Source: Chrysomallon squamiferum
Taxonomy: Eukaryota > Animalia > Mollusca
Direction: 5' to 3'
DNA: 64,000 nucleotides
Assembly: GCA_012295275.1 (NCBI GenBank)
Contig: CM022669.1
Coordinates: 744,001 to 808,000 of the forward strand
Part shown: in pieces, positions 28,269 through 41,352 of the stretch
How the letters are laid out: every line of letters starts with the position of its first letter
Position numbering within the stretch: the first letter of the stretch is position 1
Notes under the pieces: generated by a model
Told to the model about the DNA's origin: nothing
The model's database searches: none
Seen by the model: only the letters and a program-made list of their open reading frames with translations
Translations under genes and position numbers: made by a program

Positions 28269-28414
28269 ACATACAGATACGCACACATACATAATCACAT
28301 TTGTGTGCGTGTGCGCTTGCGACCGCTTCAAAGTTTCTATGACGAGGTTAATAAAAGACATTTAACAACTTGGAACAAATCAATCCTATAATCAGTAGAA
28401 TGTATTATTATTAC

Positions 28415-28567
<153 letters not shown>

Positions 28568-29060
28568 CTTTTTAATGTTATTATTTATTTATTTAATTAA
28601 TTATTTATTTATTTTGTGTTGCAGAAGACTCGAGAGATGGCTCCTGTTAGCTGAAACGAGGCTGTGAGGAGCTCGGGTAAAGTGAAAACTTTGTGAAAAG
28701 AAAGCAACATGCAAACATCAGTCCGCGGTAAAATGGAAGACATCAGAAGAATGTGACGGCGAAATGGAAAACAAAGAGAAAGAGAAAGAAGGAAGAAGTA
28801 TTGAAGAAATGAATGGAAATAAGAAAGAAAACAGATAATTTTTAAACAAAACCCGATGTGTGCTCTAGATGTTTGATAATATTCAGAAAACGAAAAAAAA
28901 AACAAAAAAACAACAACAACACAGTTATTAAATAATGTGAAATTATGTCGGGAATAAATAAAGGAACATGCAGAGCAATAAAATATAAAATAAATCAAAA
29001 GAAAAAAAAAATAATAAGAAAACCCAAAACAAACAAACAAAAAAAAATCAATAAATAAAT

Positions 29061-29104
<44 letters not shown>

Positions 29105-29130
29105 AAATCAAAGAAAAAATCAAAGAAACG

Positions 29131-29164
<34 letters not shown>

Positions 29165-29489
29165 ATAATAAAAAAATGAACTCAGGAAGTAAATAAGGAA
29201 GTAAATAAGTTTAAAATTCTGGCCAAAGAAGCATTTTGTACCAAAAAACTGAATTAAAAGATTTAGCACTTTTTTTCATTGTTCAATTTTTTTTTAAAGA
29301 AGAAATTCTTTACAACGAAATTTGTGTGTATCACGTTTCTCTGTCTCCAACTTCACGTTTTACGTTGAAACTTTGACTCGGTTGCTGAGTGATGGAGATA
29401 ACCAAGATACATCATTATAGGTGACCTAGATACTACGTCACAGATCTATTTCTTGTCGTCATTTGACTTTCTCTAATCTATAACTGAAG

Positions 29490-30494
29490 ATGAAGATGTT
29501 CAGTGATTACTGTAGATGTAACAGAAGTCAGCTGGTACTTATAGCTCTGTGTTGTCTGTTTGTCTCTTACCCTGTCATCCGTCTTCTGCTTCCCGCGCCT
29601 CTCAGACTGGTGGACAATTACTATCTGCTCAGACTGGCCATAGACCAGCAGAATTTCCCGGTCCAAACAGTGGCAGCCGACAGAAATCAAACCAAGGTAA
29701 CAATATCGGTGGGAGTGAAAAATATCAGCAGTTACTTGCTGCAGATGGACCGGATTATGAATAACACCAACTACAAAGACGATTCTGATCTCGGCTATTT
29801 CAGACCTCTGATGACTGTGAAAGATAAAATAAATCTTATACTGACATTCGAGACGTTCAAACGGGCTTGTGAGAAAGAAAATCTGACCTACTTCTTGTGG
29901 GGCGGGTCTCTTCTTGGCGCCTATCGTCACCATGGCTTCATTCCGTGGGACGACGACTTTGACCTAGTTATGAACGCTTCTGATTGGAGGAAAATCAAAC
30001 GCGTCCTGTCACGTGTTGAAGGCTATGGGTTGTATGCTCCAGCAGACGAGCAGTGGAAGTTTTTTAAGAACGGACTCCAACCTTTCCCTGGAAAACCTTT
30101 CAACTGGCCATTTCTCGACATCTTCTTTTTTACATACGATTCGTCACATCTCTGGTCTCTGACGAAGTCTCTCAAATATCAGCTAATGAACCCCATTAGT
30201 GATATATTTCCTGTACAGTTACGCCCCTTTGAAAACATTTATGCAGCTGTACCCTGTAAAATGGAGGAAATTGTGCTTCGCATTTACGGAATATACTACT
30301 GTTCATCAGTGACGTGTCGACACAGGGACAACGTACCAGTCGAGTCGTTAACTGTTCCGTGTAAACGTCTGTACAGCGTTTTTCCATTCGTCTTCCGGAG
30401 AAAAGACGAGAATACCGGTAATGTTATCGAGACTCTGAAACGAGGCAACAGACTGTTGAGAAACGTGACTTTCCCAGCACAAAGATGTGTCTGA
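29490..30494 (+). CDS. LicD/fukutin-related family phosphotransferase 1 (type II membrane, intronless CDS, 334 aa)
   Basis: N-terminal hydrophobic anchor LVLIALCCLFVSYPVI; LicD nucleotidyltransferase signature YFLWGGSLLGAYRHHGFIPWDDDFD; third acidic motif WPFLDIF; C-terminal DIFP..LRPFE..VPC. Confidence 0.9.
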   Translation: MKMFSDYCRCNRSQLVLIALCCLFVSYPVIRLLLPAPLRLVDNYYLLRLAIDQQNFPVQTVAADRNQTKVTISVGVKNISSYLLQMDRIMNNTNYKDDSDLGYFRPLMTVKDKINLILTFETFKRACEKENLTYFLWGGSLLGAYRHHGFIPWDDDFDLVMNASDWRKIKRVLSRVEGYGLYAPADEQWKFFKNGLQPFPGKPFNWPFLDIFFFTYDSSHLWSLTKSLKYQLMNPISDIFPVQLRPFENIYAAVPCKMEEIVLRIYGIYYCSSVTCRHRDNVPVESLTVPCKRLYSVFPFVFRRKDENTGNVIETLKRGNRLLRNVTFPAQRCV

Positions 30495-31458
30495 ACTACG
30501 TTGTAATTTCCACAGAATAACTTTAAATTGTGAAGTTGTAACTAACAGCCTAAATACATGCAATGTGAGCGCTTGTTTAAATGCATCGAGAAGATTTTTC
30601 TTTTTTCTTTTCTTTCCATTTTTTTTTTTTTTTAATTATAATAAATAAATAAACTATGAAAATTTTGTCATCGATTAATTTACTAAGCTAATCGGTGAAT
30701 TCAATGTCACTTATCAATCTGTCATTTCTCTGTTTGATTCTATCTGTCTTGCTGTCTGTGTGTATGTTTATTTATTTATTTAGTGACGCAAAATAATAAT
30801 AACAATCATGATGATGATGATAACAAATAAATATTTAAATAAATTATAAACAAAAATACAGAATGTAGTTAGGTTGTTGTACACTTTAACACTCTCTACG
30901 AGAAAGATTTATGAAAAGATTAAAGTTCATTTCTTTCATCACGTTACTGGGATCAACGTTGTTTGCTCGATCAATCTTTTATCTATTTATTACTTCTGTT
31001 TTTAAACTGATGTACTCCCTAGCCTGGTTTTATAAACAAGTTTTATCGCTGTTATAGATCTGTATACAGTTTAGGTTTTCTTGAGGACTTCCTTTACATC
31101 GAAAACTTCATATGACAGTTTTATTTCCTTATTAATCGATTTCTTTATTTACATCAATATTTTTATTCATTAAAATAAATTATTTATAAAACCTCAATGT
31201 TTTTAGTAATGCGCTTTTGTTTCTTGTGCATATGTTTGGTATCATTTATCTATCCTTCTGTCTGTCTGTCTGACTATCTGTCTATCGAGTTATCTATCTG
31301 TCGATATATCATCTTTCTATCTGTCTATCTTTCTGTCTGGTTATTTATATATCCACATAATAATACTAATAACAGTAATACTCTATTTGACTATAGAGAA
31401 ATTTCTGTAGTGAAAGGTATCAACGCTATGTACAACAACAACAACAGTAAATAACAAC

Positions 31459-31508
<50 letters not shown>

Positions 31509-31749
31509 CAACAACAATGATAATAATAACAATGGAAAACACAATGTTTGAGGAGTTATTGTTAGAACTGGAACTTTGGTAAATGTTGCGCTGGAAAACA
31601 TTGAACTGCGATACACCGAACCTGAACTGTGCCTGCCTGGAATTACTGTCCAGTCTGCAGCTGATGACAACCACCCTCACCCTCACCCTCACCCTCCCAT
31701 CCCGCCACAGACCTGTTCACCTACTTCTGTACCATTGTCTTCAGTTAGG

Positions 31750-32207
<458 letters not shown>

Positions 32208-32814
32208 ATTCAAAAGAAGAAGTAAAAAATGGAGATGTGGAAACTTGACCTAGTTCCTTGACTTCTGCAATGTAATTTATTTTAAAAAAAAAACATGAAT
32301 TGAAATTTTAAAGCTCAAGAAAAGAGGACTGAGGCAAATGTGGAAATGTTAATAACAAACAGAAAACCCTAAATAAATAAATAAATAAATAAATCATAAT
32401 AAGCAGATAGATAGATAGATAGATAGATAGATAAATAGATAATTCATCTATTTATTTTGATAACTAAATAATACAGTTCTCATCCGCATAAAGTGTATGA
32501 TTAATAAGTACACAATGTTTTGCGAGCACTAAGGTGAGATGTACGTAGAAATCAAAAACAGGAAGATTTACGTTACACAGTACAGAGAGAAAGAGCTGGA
32601 AATCTCTAACGAGAGTCTGTGTTTGTGAATGTTTTCTTACAATAAAATAATAAAATTCATAATAAAATGTTTAGAAAAAAAAAAAAAATAATAATAATGA
32701 TGATAATATAATTATAAATCAGATATTTTGATAGTTTAAGGTGTAACTGGATTTATCATGGGAAGTAACTCTCGTCAACCCGTGAACCAGACCATAATTA
32801 GCTACCTTTATGCA

Positions 32815-32929
<115 letters not shown>

Positions 32930-33218
32930 GTAAGAACGATTATATCTGCCTTATATAAGCGGTTCCTATGAGATATATCGCTGGTTGTTGTGGAGTTCGG
33001 CTGTCGCTAGGTGTAACTAAGGACAAACAGACAAAGATGTTTATGTGAGTGTGCGACACGGTAACGTGCCTGTCCCCACACGCACTGGGAAGTGCTCCAG
33101 AACTGAGTTTGACACGCCCGAGTAAGCACATTTGTTATGAAAGCAGCAAACAGCTGAGTGTGCGTTTTACACAACCAAACGTAACAAACATTCTTTTCAA
33201 ATCACTTTAGCTGTGTTC

Positions 33219-33252
<34 letters not shown>

Positions 33253-33784
33253 TTTATTTTTTTTTTTTTTTTTTTTTTTATTTTTTTTGACGTCGTTTAT
33301 TTTGTTTCAGTAAGTAATAATTAATGTGTTTTTTATACACATTGTATTTATTTATTACACGTTGACTCACTGCTCAGTGAGTTTACTGTTACACAGCTCT
33401 AAATTAGTGCAACTTAATTAATTTTCTGTTTTAAGTTAAAACATTTAAAAGAAAAGATTTAGTTGTTTTTAAATCTTTTAACATTATTTACTTAAACAGT
33501 TAATGATCACTAAGTTGTGATAATTAGATGTTAATTTTCATATACACAGTGAGAAAAAACCCGCGATATTTTCCTTCGAGTTGTTCACATACAAATATAA
33601 TCCCATTTTCTTCTTCTTCTTCTTTCGTTCTTTCTTTCTTTTTCTTTTTTTTTCTACTTATTCTTGTTCTTGTTCTTTCTTTCTTTTTTCTTATCTCTTA
33701 TTTTTTGTTCTTGCTCGTCTTTTTCTTCTTCTTCTTTTTTTTCTTCTTTGTCTTCTTTTTTCTTCTTCTTCTTTTCTTCTTCTT

Positions 33785-33815
<31 letters not shown>

Positions 33816-34149
33816 TTTTTATTTTTACTGTTGATGTAGAAATAAATTATTTACTTCTGAATTGTTTTTTTCAATAGAAATGTACGAAGTATAAGAAATT
33901 TAAGAAGCGCTGATCTATATATAAAATGTCTTTGACATTTATGTCTTATCTAAGCAGAGTCGACTAGTGTGAACCAGTACAGATGCACTTAAACCTAAAT
34001 CGATATAACAACCTGAGTGAATTCAGTGGCTAAATTGAAAGCATAATATTTTAACAAAACACTTCTCAGCCGTTAAACCTTAGTATATATCTTTCTTGTA
34101 AAGTGACAAAAACAGCTAGAAATACATAGATGCATATATAGATACATAT

Positions 34150-34193
<44 letters not shown>

Positions 34194-34493
34194 ATGCACA
34201 CACACATATATTAAGTGTAAAATAATTTTTGAATGAAATATACTAGTAAAAAATGGTATTGCTGTTGATCTGTACTAGACTTCTCTAAAAATTTAAATTT
34301 GTTTTATCAACATTTTTGTTAAAAATTTTGCAATTTACATATAAATACATTTGTTTATGGAGTTTTAAATTTCTGTTTATGATCGAGCTCTGTGTGGGTC
34401 AAGCTGACCTCAGTAAAATGAAGCAGTAAAAGTCACGAGACCTTTGTTAAATTTTAAACTGAACATTTTAGACAGGAACAGCTGATCATTCAG

Positions 34494-34752
34494 GTATAAA
34501 ACATTGTTTTTAACTCTTTACACTCAAATTTCAACATTTGCATTTTTAATTTAGCTACCGCTCTTCTTACCTACATTTAGGTTATTTCACTGTATTTATT
34601 TATATCTTTGGGAATATATATGTAAAAGTTCATGTGTTGACAGTGTAATATTTCTTAGCATAAACAGTAATTAAAAACAGCTGTAGCTAAATTAAAAATA
34701 TAAATGTTGAAATACGAATGTGAAAAAGTTAAACACCGACAACTTTTTATAC
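34494..34752. repeat. Imperfect inverted repeat (fold-back, possible MITE)
   Basis: 34507-34562 TTTTAACTCTTTACACTCAAATTTCAACATTTGCATTTTTAATTTAGCTACCGCT pairs with the reverse complement of 34678-34733; spacer ~115 bp. Confidence 0.65.
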
Positions 34753-36957
34753 TAATCGCCTGGAGTGCATTGATTCATTTTCTTTTATCGACGTTTGGCT
34801 GAAATTCTATTATAATTATTCAAAATTTTAAAATATTAACTAAAATATACTGACATAATTCTACACGTGTTTACGAAAATATAAATGAGAGTAATATAGA
34901 CTGATATACTAACAGAAAACAATTACTTACTAATACCTACTAACTTCTTACAAATTATTTATAAAAATAAAACAAAACAAAAAAAAAAAATAAAATATCT
35001 TACAAACTATTTATAAAAAAATAAATAAATAAAATGTCAGAAAATCCTTGAGAATAAAATCACCAGAAACAGAACTGAGCTTACACCGGGCGTTATTAAG
35101 CGACACATCAACAGCTTTTACATCGGCAGTGACAAACATGCGTTTACAAAAGCTGATACCAGCGATGTAGTTTTGCATTATGAAAGAACAACACGGACAA
35201 GAAAAATGACAAGTCAAATATAAAACATTAGACTAACCAGTAATTTTGCGTTTTAAACGTATACAATAGACTGATATAACTTTAAATAACAGCTGGATAC
35301 GCATGTAGGTGCTTTATTTTTTTATTTTTATTATTGCTATAATTGTTGTGGTTGTATTTTATTTTATTTTTTTTTTTTTTTTTTTATGGTTTATTTCATT
35401 TATCCATGTTTCTTTTGTTAATTTATGTCGTTTCTAGAGAAGATTAATATCTTTTTTTGTTTCGCTTTTGTCACCAATGTACTAAATTTAAGCTTGCTGT
35501 TGTTGTTTTTTGTTTTTATTATAATTTTAGCAGTATATTATAGTATTTATACAGTATATAATTCGGCTGCAGTTCAGTGTTATAAAGTGCGCTCCTTTAT
35601 ACAAGAGACATGCAACTTTAATTTATGCAATTTATTTTATTTTTATTTTTATTTTTTTCTTTGTTGTTGCTTACGACTTGGACCAAGAAACTTGTAATTC
35701 TCTGTATAATAATTCAATTCTTGTTACTTTTTTTCCTTGTTCTCATGTTACGTTAATAACGTGTTACTTTTTCTTTTGACTATTGTACTGTAGAATTCAC
35801 CGGGAAAAAGTGGGTCAAATTCGCTGAGAAGAAAAGTTTTATATTAGAACTACTTTCTGAGTACAAAAGGCGCAATAATCTTCATTGAATCTTTTATATG
35901 TAATCTCTACCAGGTCGCATTAATCCAGTGAATGATATTGCGACACAGTGGAAGCTCAGGTTATGAACTTAATTCATTCTGGAACTCGCTTTGTAAAACG
36001 AATTGTACGCGAACCGATGTCAGACACCCAACCGCCGCTCTCCACTCCAGCTACAAAGACTGAAACCTGAATACTGTAACTGTGCACTTTTCCCAGTGCA
36101 GACTTCCTCTGTCTACGGGTACATTGTACGATTCTCAATTCAGTGTGTCACTGAGAAATGTGAAACATTTGTGGAAGCATTAAAATGACTTAGTAGTTAA
36201 AGTCTATTGTCGAGTTCTATGCATTTGATTTGTTCATTTTCAATAATGTTAGAACTGTTTATAACGTAGATCCAAGAGAGAATACAAAAATTATATATAT
36301 ATATACACATACCTGAAATAGTTGAGAGATTCTAAACCAAAACACGTATTTGAAATAAAGTATAACACTGAGATCTGTATTATTATTAGTTATTTTCACA
36401 TACAGTCCGCTATTCAATATAATGATTTTCTTCTTGCTAAGTGAGATGTGTGTTATTTAAAAATACAGTATAAGCAGGTTGACACGCGGTAGTTTGGTTC
36501 TATCAGTAAAAAAATAATATCGCACTTGGTGTCTACGAACTGGGAGATTTTAAATATGCTGCTCAACTCACACAAGTATTAGCGATATTTTCAGCACAGA
36601 CTTGTCATTTAGCTTTACATCTCTAGATACACAGGTGCATCTTGCTACTGTTAACACAGGATGAAGCAACGTTTGTGAAGTAAGTGAAGAAAATAAAGCA
36701 GTAGGCCGACGTTTGTTAATTGAGTATGAACACACATTTCATTTGTTACAAACAACGTCAACATCATCTATTATCATACATAACAAGAACATCATCAATA
36801 ACAATAGCAACGTCTATTAACATAAAAAACAAAAAAATCACAACAACATCATCTATTTTCCAACAAAACCCACAAAACATCAGCAACATCTTTTCAGAGA
36901 AAATAAAAAAGCACGTTAACAGCAACGTCTCAATTCTAACTGAATCATCTAATAAAA

Positions 36958-37819
36958 TCATTTACATCGCTTTGGTACTGACACCGAGGAGAGCGTCGTC
37001 TGACCTACTTTTAAAGTCTCGATGATGTTGTCAGAACGAGGGTCGCTCGTTCGAAAGACGAAGGGGAATCTTTCGTACAGGTTTCTACAAGGAACGGTTA
37101 CGGCTGTCGCAGATCTACACTGTTTATGAAGATACCACGTAGACGTACATTTCTCGTAACCAAAGGAATTGAGGATAATTTTGTCCATCCGACACGGCAC
37201 GTACACTGTGAGGTTTTCAAACGGTCTCACTTGAAGTGGGTAGATGTCGCTGTTCTGATACACTTTTAAATTGTTCAGTTCCGTTAAAGCGATGATCTCT
37301 TTGGAAGTCTGTCTGTAATAAAAGATGTCAATGAAGGGATATTTGAAAGGTTTTCCAGGAACTGGTGGCAGATTTGTTTTGTAGAATTTCCACGCGATGT
37401 TTTTAGGCGTGTAAAGTACATATCCTTGCACGCTGGACAACACTTGACGAATTTTGGTGAGGTTGTTCTCGACGACAGTGACGTCAACGTCATCATCCCA
37501 CGGAACCATTCCGTGGTGTCTGTACCTCCCCCAGCAGGGAGCCGCTGTCCAAGAAGTACGTGAGATTCTCCCTCCTGCAGGTTTCAATAAAAACTTTTAG
37601 CGTCTGCAGCATCAGCTTTTTGTCAGTCTTGGACATTATTGGCAGAAACCTCTTTAGACTGGAAGCTGAGCTCACTGTAACCAAATCATTCCCTTGGTCA
37701 GCTGCGTTCACGTTTCTCTTGTGAATCCAACAAACACTGATTTCAGCAATGTAGAAGGAAAGTCCCAAACACACTACAATCCCAACTAGAGCAAACTTAC
37801 TTCTCCTTGCTAAATTCAT
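36958..37819 (-). pseudogene. LicD-family phosphotransferase 2, interrupted by a single +1 frameshift (pseudogene or homopolymer assembly error; 286 aa if corrected)
   Basis: ORF 37819-37493 gives a TM anchor and ...YFLDSGSLLG; ORF 37587-36958 continues YRHHGMVPWDDDVD...KYPFIDIF...VPC...PFVFR. Seven nt lie between CTG(L) and TAC(Y), across a G5 run (C5 at 37528-37532); span is 862 = 3n+1; no other lesions seen. Confidence 0.8.
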
Positions 37820-37954
37820 TGCTGTAGAAAATCTTCTGAAAGGGAACAGCTATTTTGTTAAGGGATTAAAAAGTAAACAGTTGGTATTAAAAAATTCCAA
37901 AAAAAAAAAAAAAAAAAAAAAAAAAATAAGACACACTAGAAAAACACTTGGTTT

Positions 37955-37986
<32 letters not shown>

Positions 37987-38599
37987 TTTTCTTCATCTTG
38001 AACCTTGCCTTTGGTGACAGATGTATGAGAGAGGTGTACATGATGTGGGTTTAAAATAAATTCGTGTAACAGTTTATAATTCTGATCGATTTTTTTCAAT
38101 GAAATAAACATGTCACTAAACGAATAGAAAAAAAAAAACATTAAAAAATACAATAAATTAGCTCATTCTACTTACATAAGCAGAAAACCGTCATCCAAAA
38201 GTTTTCAAACGTATTAAACTTCCAACAGTGTAAACATTTACTATTTCTAAACGTAGTTTAACTTGAAGATAATGTCACGCTGATAAATCAAATAAAATTC
38301 TTATCAGATGAGAGTTTCATAAACTTCTAGCAGACACAGATATAAACCTAAAATTGAAGTATTTCTCATCTGAGTTCTCTAGCCTTTCGGATAAGACGAC
38401 ACTGGGTCATGGGTCACAAACACAAAGAGAATAATGTAACATGACAACGTTCGCTAGCTGATCACTTAGTGCGTTTTACAAAATCACTGTCTTCAGAGTT
38501 TTCAAGTTGAACAAACTTTCAACAAACACTCATTCAATGTTCCTAGTAATACCAGAAAACTGCACATTCAGTAAGTTCGTAAAGGATAATAAAGAAAAT

Positions 38600-39835
38600 T
38601 TCTTTATACGGTAATAAGGTAAACATGTATATACTGTAATAAAGTAAATATCTTTATACGGTAATAAAGTAAAGAGGTGTATACTGTAATAAAGTAAAGA
38701 TGTATATACTGTAATAAAGTAAAGAGGTGTATACTGTAATAAAGTAAAGATGTGTATATTGTAATAAGGTAAACATGTGTATACTGTAATAAAGTAAAGA
38801 TGTATATACTGTAATACAGTAAATATCTTTATACGGTAATAAAGTAAAGAGGTGTATACTGTAATAAAGTAAAGAGGTGTATACTGTAATAAAGTAAAGA
38901 TGTATATACTGTAATAAAGTAAAGATGTATATACTGTAATAAGGTAAACATGTATATACTGTAATAAAGTAAAGATGTGTATACTGTAATAAAGTAAATA
39001 TCTTTATACGGTAATAAAGTAAAGAGGTGTATACTGTAATAAAGTAAAGAGGTGTATACTGTAATAAAGTAAAGATGTATATACTGTAATAAAGTAAAGA
39101 TGTATATACTGTAATAAGGTAAACATGTATATACTGTAATAAAGTAAAGATGTGTATACTGTAATAAAGTAAAGATGTGTATACTGTAATAAAGTAAACA
39201 TGTATATACTGTAATAAAGTAAAGTTGTATATACTGTAATAAAGTAAACATGTATATACTGTAATAAAGTAAAGATGTGTATACTGCAATAAGGTAAACA
39301 TGTATATACTGCAATAAAGTAAACATGTATATACTCTAATGAAGTAATAACCTGTATACTGTAATAAAGTAATAACCTGTATAAAGAAATAAAGCAATAA
39401 CCTGTATATGGTAATAAAGTAATAACCTTTATACGGTAATAAAGTAATAGCCTGTATACTGTAATAAAGTAATAACCTGTATAAAGAAATAAAGCAATAA
39501 CCTGTATAAAGAAATAAAGCAATAACCTGTATATGGTAATAAAGTAATAACCTTTATACGGTAATAAAGTAATAGCCTGTATATTGTAATAAAGTAATAA
39601 TCTGTATACTGTAATAAAGTAATAACCTGTATATATTAATAAAGTAATAACCTGCATATAGTAATAAAGTAATAGCCTGTATATTGTAATAAAGTAATAA
39701 TCTGTATACTGTAATAAAGTAATAACCTGTATATATTAATAAAGTAATAACCTATATCCTGTAATAAAGTAATAACCTGTATATATTAATAAAGTAATAA
39801 CTGTATACGGTAATAAAGTAATAACCTGTATAGGG
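38600..39835. repeat. 25-bp minisatellite (~49 units) with two sequence domains
   Basis: ATACTGTAATAAAGTAAAGATGTAT-type units to ~39330, then ATACTGTAATAAAGTAATAACCTGT-type units. Confidence 0.95.
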
Positions 39836-40425
39836 TAAGTACGTAAATATGTGACTATAATTAAACATAATATGAATCAAGGGCAGAAATATAATACTAA
39901 AAACCAAACGAACGATTAATATAAAAAAAATTATATTTTATTAATGGGTTATTTTATTTATTTATTTTTTTTTTTTTTTGGACCGATTAACTTAGCTATA
40001 GTCCATTGAAAAACTATTTAAACTTTAAACATTCGTAAAGACAAACTAATCTAAAATCTAACAACACAATCACATGTCATAGATGTATTTATCATGGACT
40101 GGTACTGATCGCTAAATGATGTCAATTCGGGGCAAAGGTTGCTTGCCCGCTGTTTTAATAGCCTGTATGTATAGAAATAACATAAAGACACATTTACAAT
40201 AATTACATAAAGACGTGTATAGATATAGATAGGGTAATATAGACACAGATACAGATGCAGGTACAGATATAAATATATATGTATGTTTGTGTATGCGTGT
40301 TTGTGTGTGTGTGTGTGCATGTGTGTGTGTATTTGGGTGTGTGTTTATATATATATATATATATATATGTGTAGATACAGATATAAATATCTATACATAT
40401 ACGGATATGGATAAAGTTATGTTCT

Positions 40426-41352
40426 CTACATACATTTCTCTGGTACAGAGATTGTGTTCAGAGTGTGGTTGCCTACTTTGAGTTTTTCAAGAACATACCC
40501 AGGTCGTGTATCACGTTCTCTGAAAACAAACGGGTACGTGCTGTACAGTCTGCTACAGTTAACGGTGAAAGTAGCAACTACGACGTTCTCTCTGTGTAAG
40601 TAGCCCAGGGACGTGCAGTTTTTCACATCATACGACTTGAGAAAGGTTTCCGCCTTACAGGGCACTGAAACCCGCAGCTTTTCAAACACGCGTGTCTGAA
40701 TCGGGTACACTTCGTCTTTTTTGTACACGTAGTCTCTGATGTTGGAGAAGAAACCAAATACATGCGTGGCATTCTCTTTAAAGAAAAATATGTCTACAAA
40801 TGGATACTTATACTTATATCCTTTTAGTTCTGGAAGACTGTTTAGATAGAATTTCCACTGAAAATTTGTTGGAGAGGTAACTGCGAATCCAGGAACCTTT
40901 GACAAAATGTTTCTAACTTTGTCAAGGTTTGTGTCAACTATGACTACGTCAATGTCGTCATCCCAAGGAATAATTCCGTGATGTCTGTAAGCACCAAGAA
41001 GCGATCCTCCCCAGAGAAAACACGTCAGGTTTCCTTTTTCACAGGCCGCCAAGAATCTGCGCAAGGAACGAAGCATCAACGTTAGGTCTTTGTTTGACGC
41101 TCGGGGCACGAAGTGTTTTAGAACGCTATCGTTTTGCAGTTTATTTAGATCCTGAACACTTCCGGGACCGCTACTCGGTGAGGCTCGTGTCAGACTGCTG
41201 GTTTCTTCTCTAGTGTCGTTATATGTACGCACGTTTGTTTGCAGGCGTTTGAACATGTGACTCAGCTTCCCTACTGGAACGTAGAGAAGTGCAGAGAGAG
41301 ATATGGAAAGGAGTGTTACAATCAAAAATTGCCTCCTCACTCGAAGATTCAT
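40426..41352 (-). CDS. LicD/fukutin-related family phosphotransferase 3 (type II membrane, intronless CDS, 308 aa)
   Basis: MNLRVRRQ plus TM FLIVTLLSISLSALLYVPV; FLWGGSLLGAYRHHGIIPWDDDID; KYPFVDIF; VPC; PFVFR. Confidence 0.9.
   Translation of the reverse strand: MNLRVRRQFLIVTLLSISLSALLYVPVGKLSHMFKRLQTNVRTYNDTREETSSLTRASPSSGPGSVQDLNKLQNDSVLKHFVPRASNKDLTLMLRSLRRFLAACEKGNLTCFLWGGSLLGAYRHHGIIPWDDDIDVVIVDTNLDKVRNILSKVPGFAVTSPTNFQWKFYLNSLPELKGYKYKYPFVDIFFFKENATHVFGFFSNIRDYVYKKDEVYPIQTRVFEKLRVSVPCKAETFLKSYDVKNCTSLGYLHRENVVVATFTVNCSRLYSTYPFVFRERDTRPGYVLEKLKVGNHTLNTISVPEKCM

Noticed and set aside
29478-29933. 151-aa antisense ORF and other overlapping ORFs on the LicD genes
   Set aside because: Shadow ORFs of GC-richer coding sequence, with no motifs.
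38600-39835. Long ORFs (247, 217, 165 aa) and a regular array that could be mistaken for a CRISPR or repeat protein
   Set aside because: Contiguous 25-bp tandem units with no unique spacers; unit length is not a multiple of 3; eukaryotic context with no cas genes.
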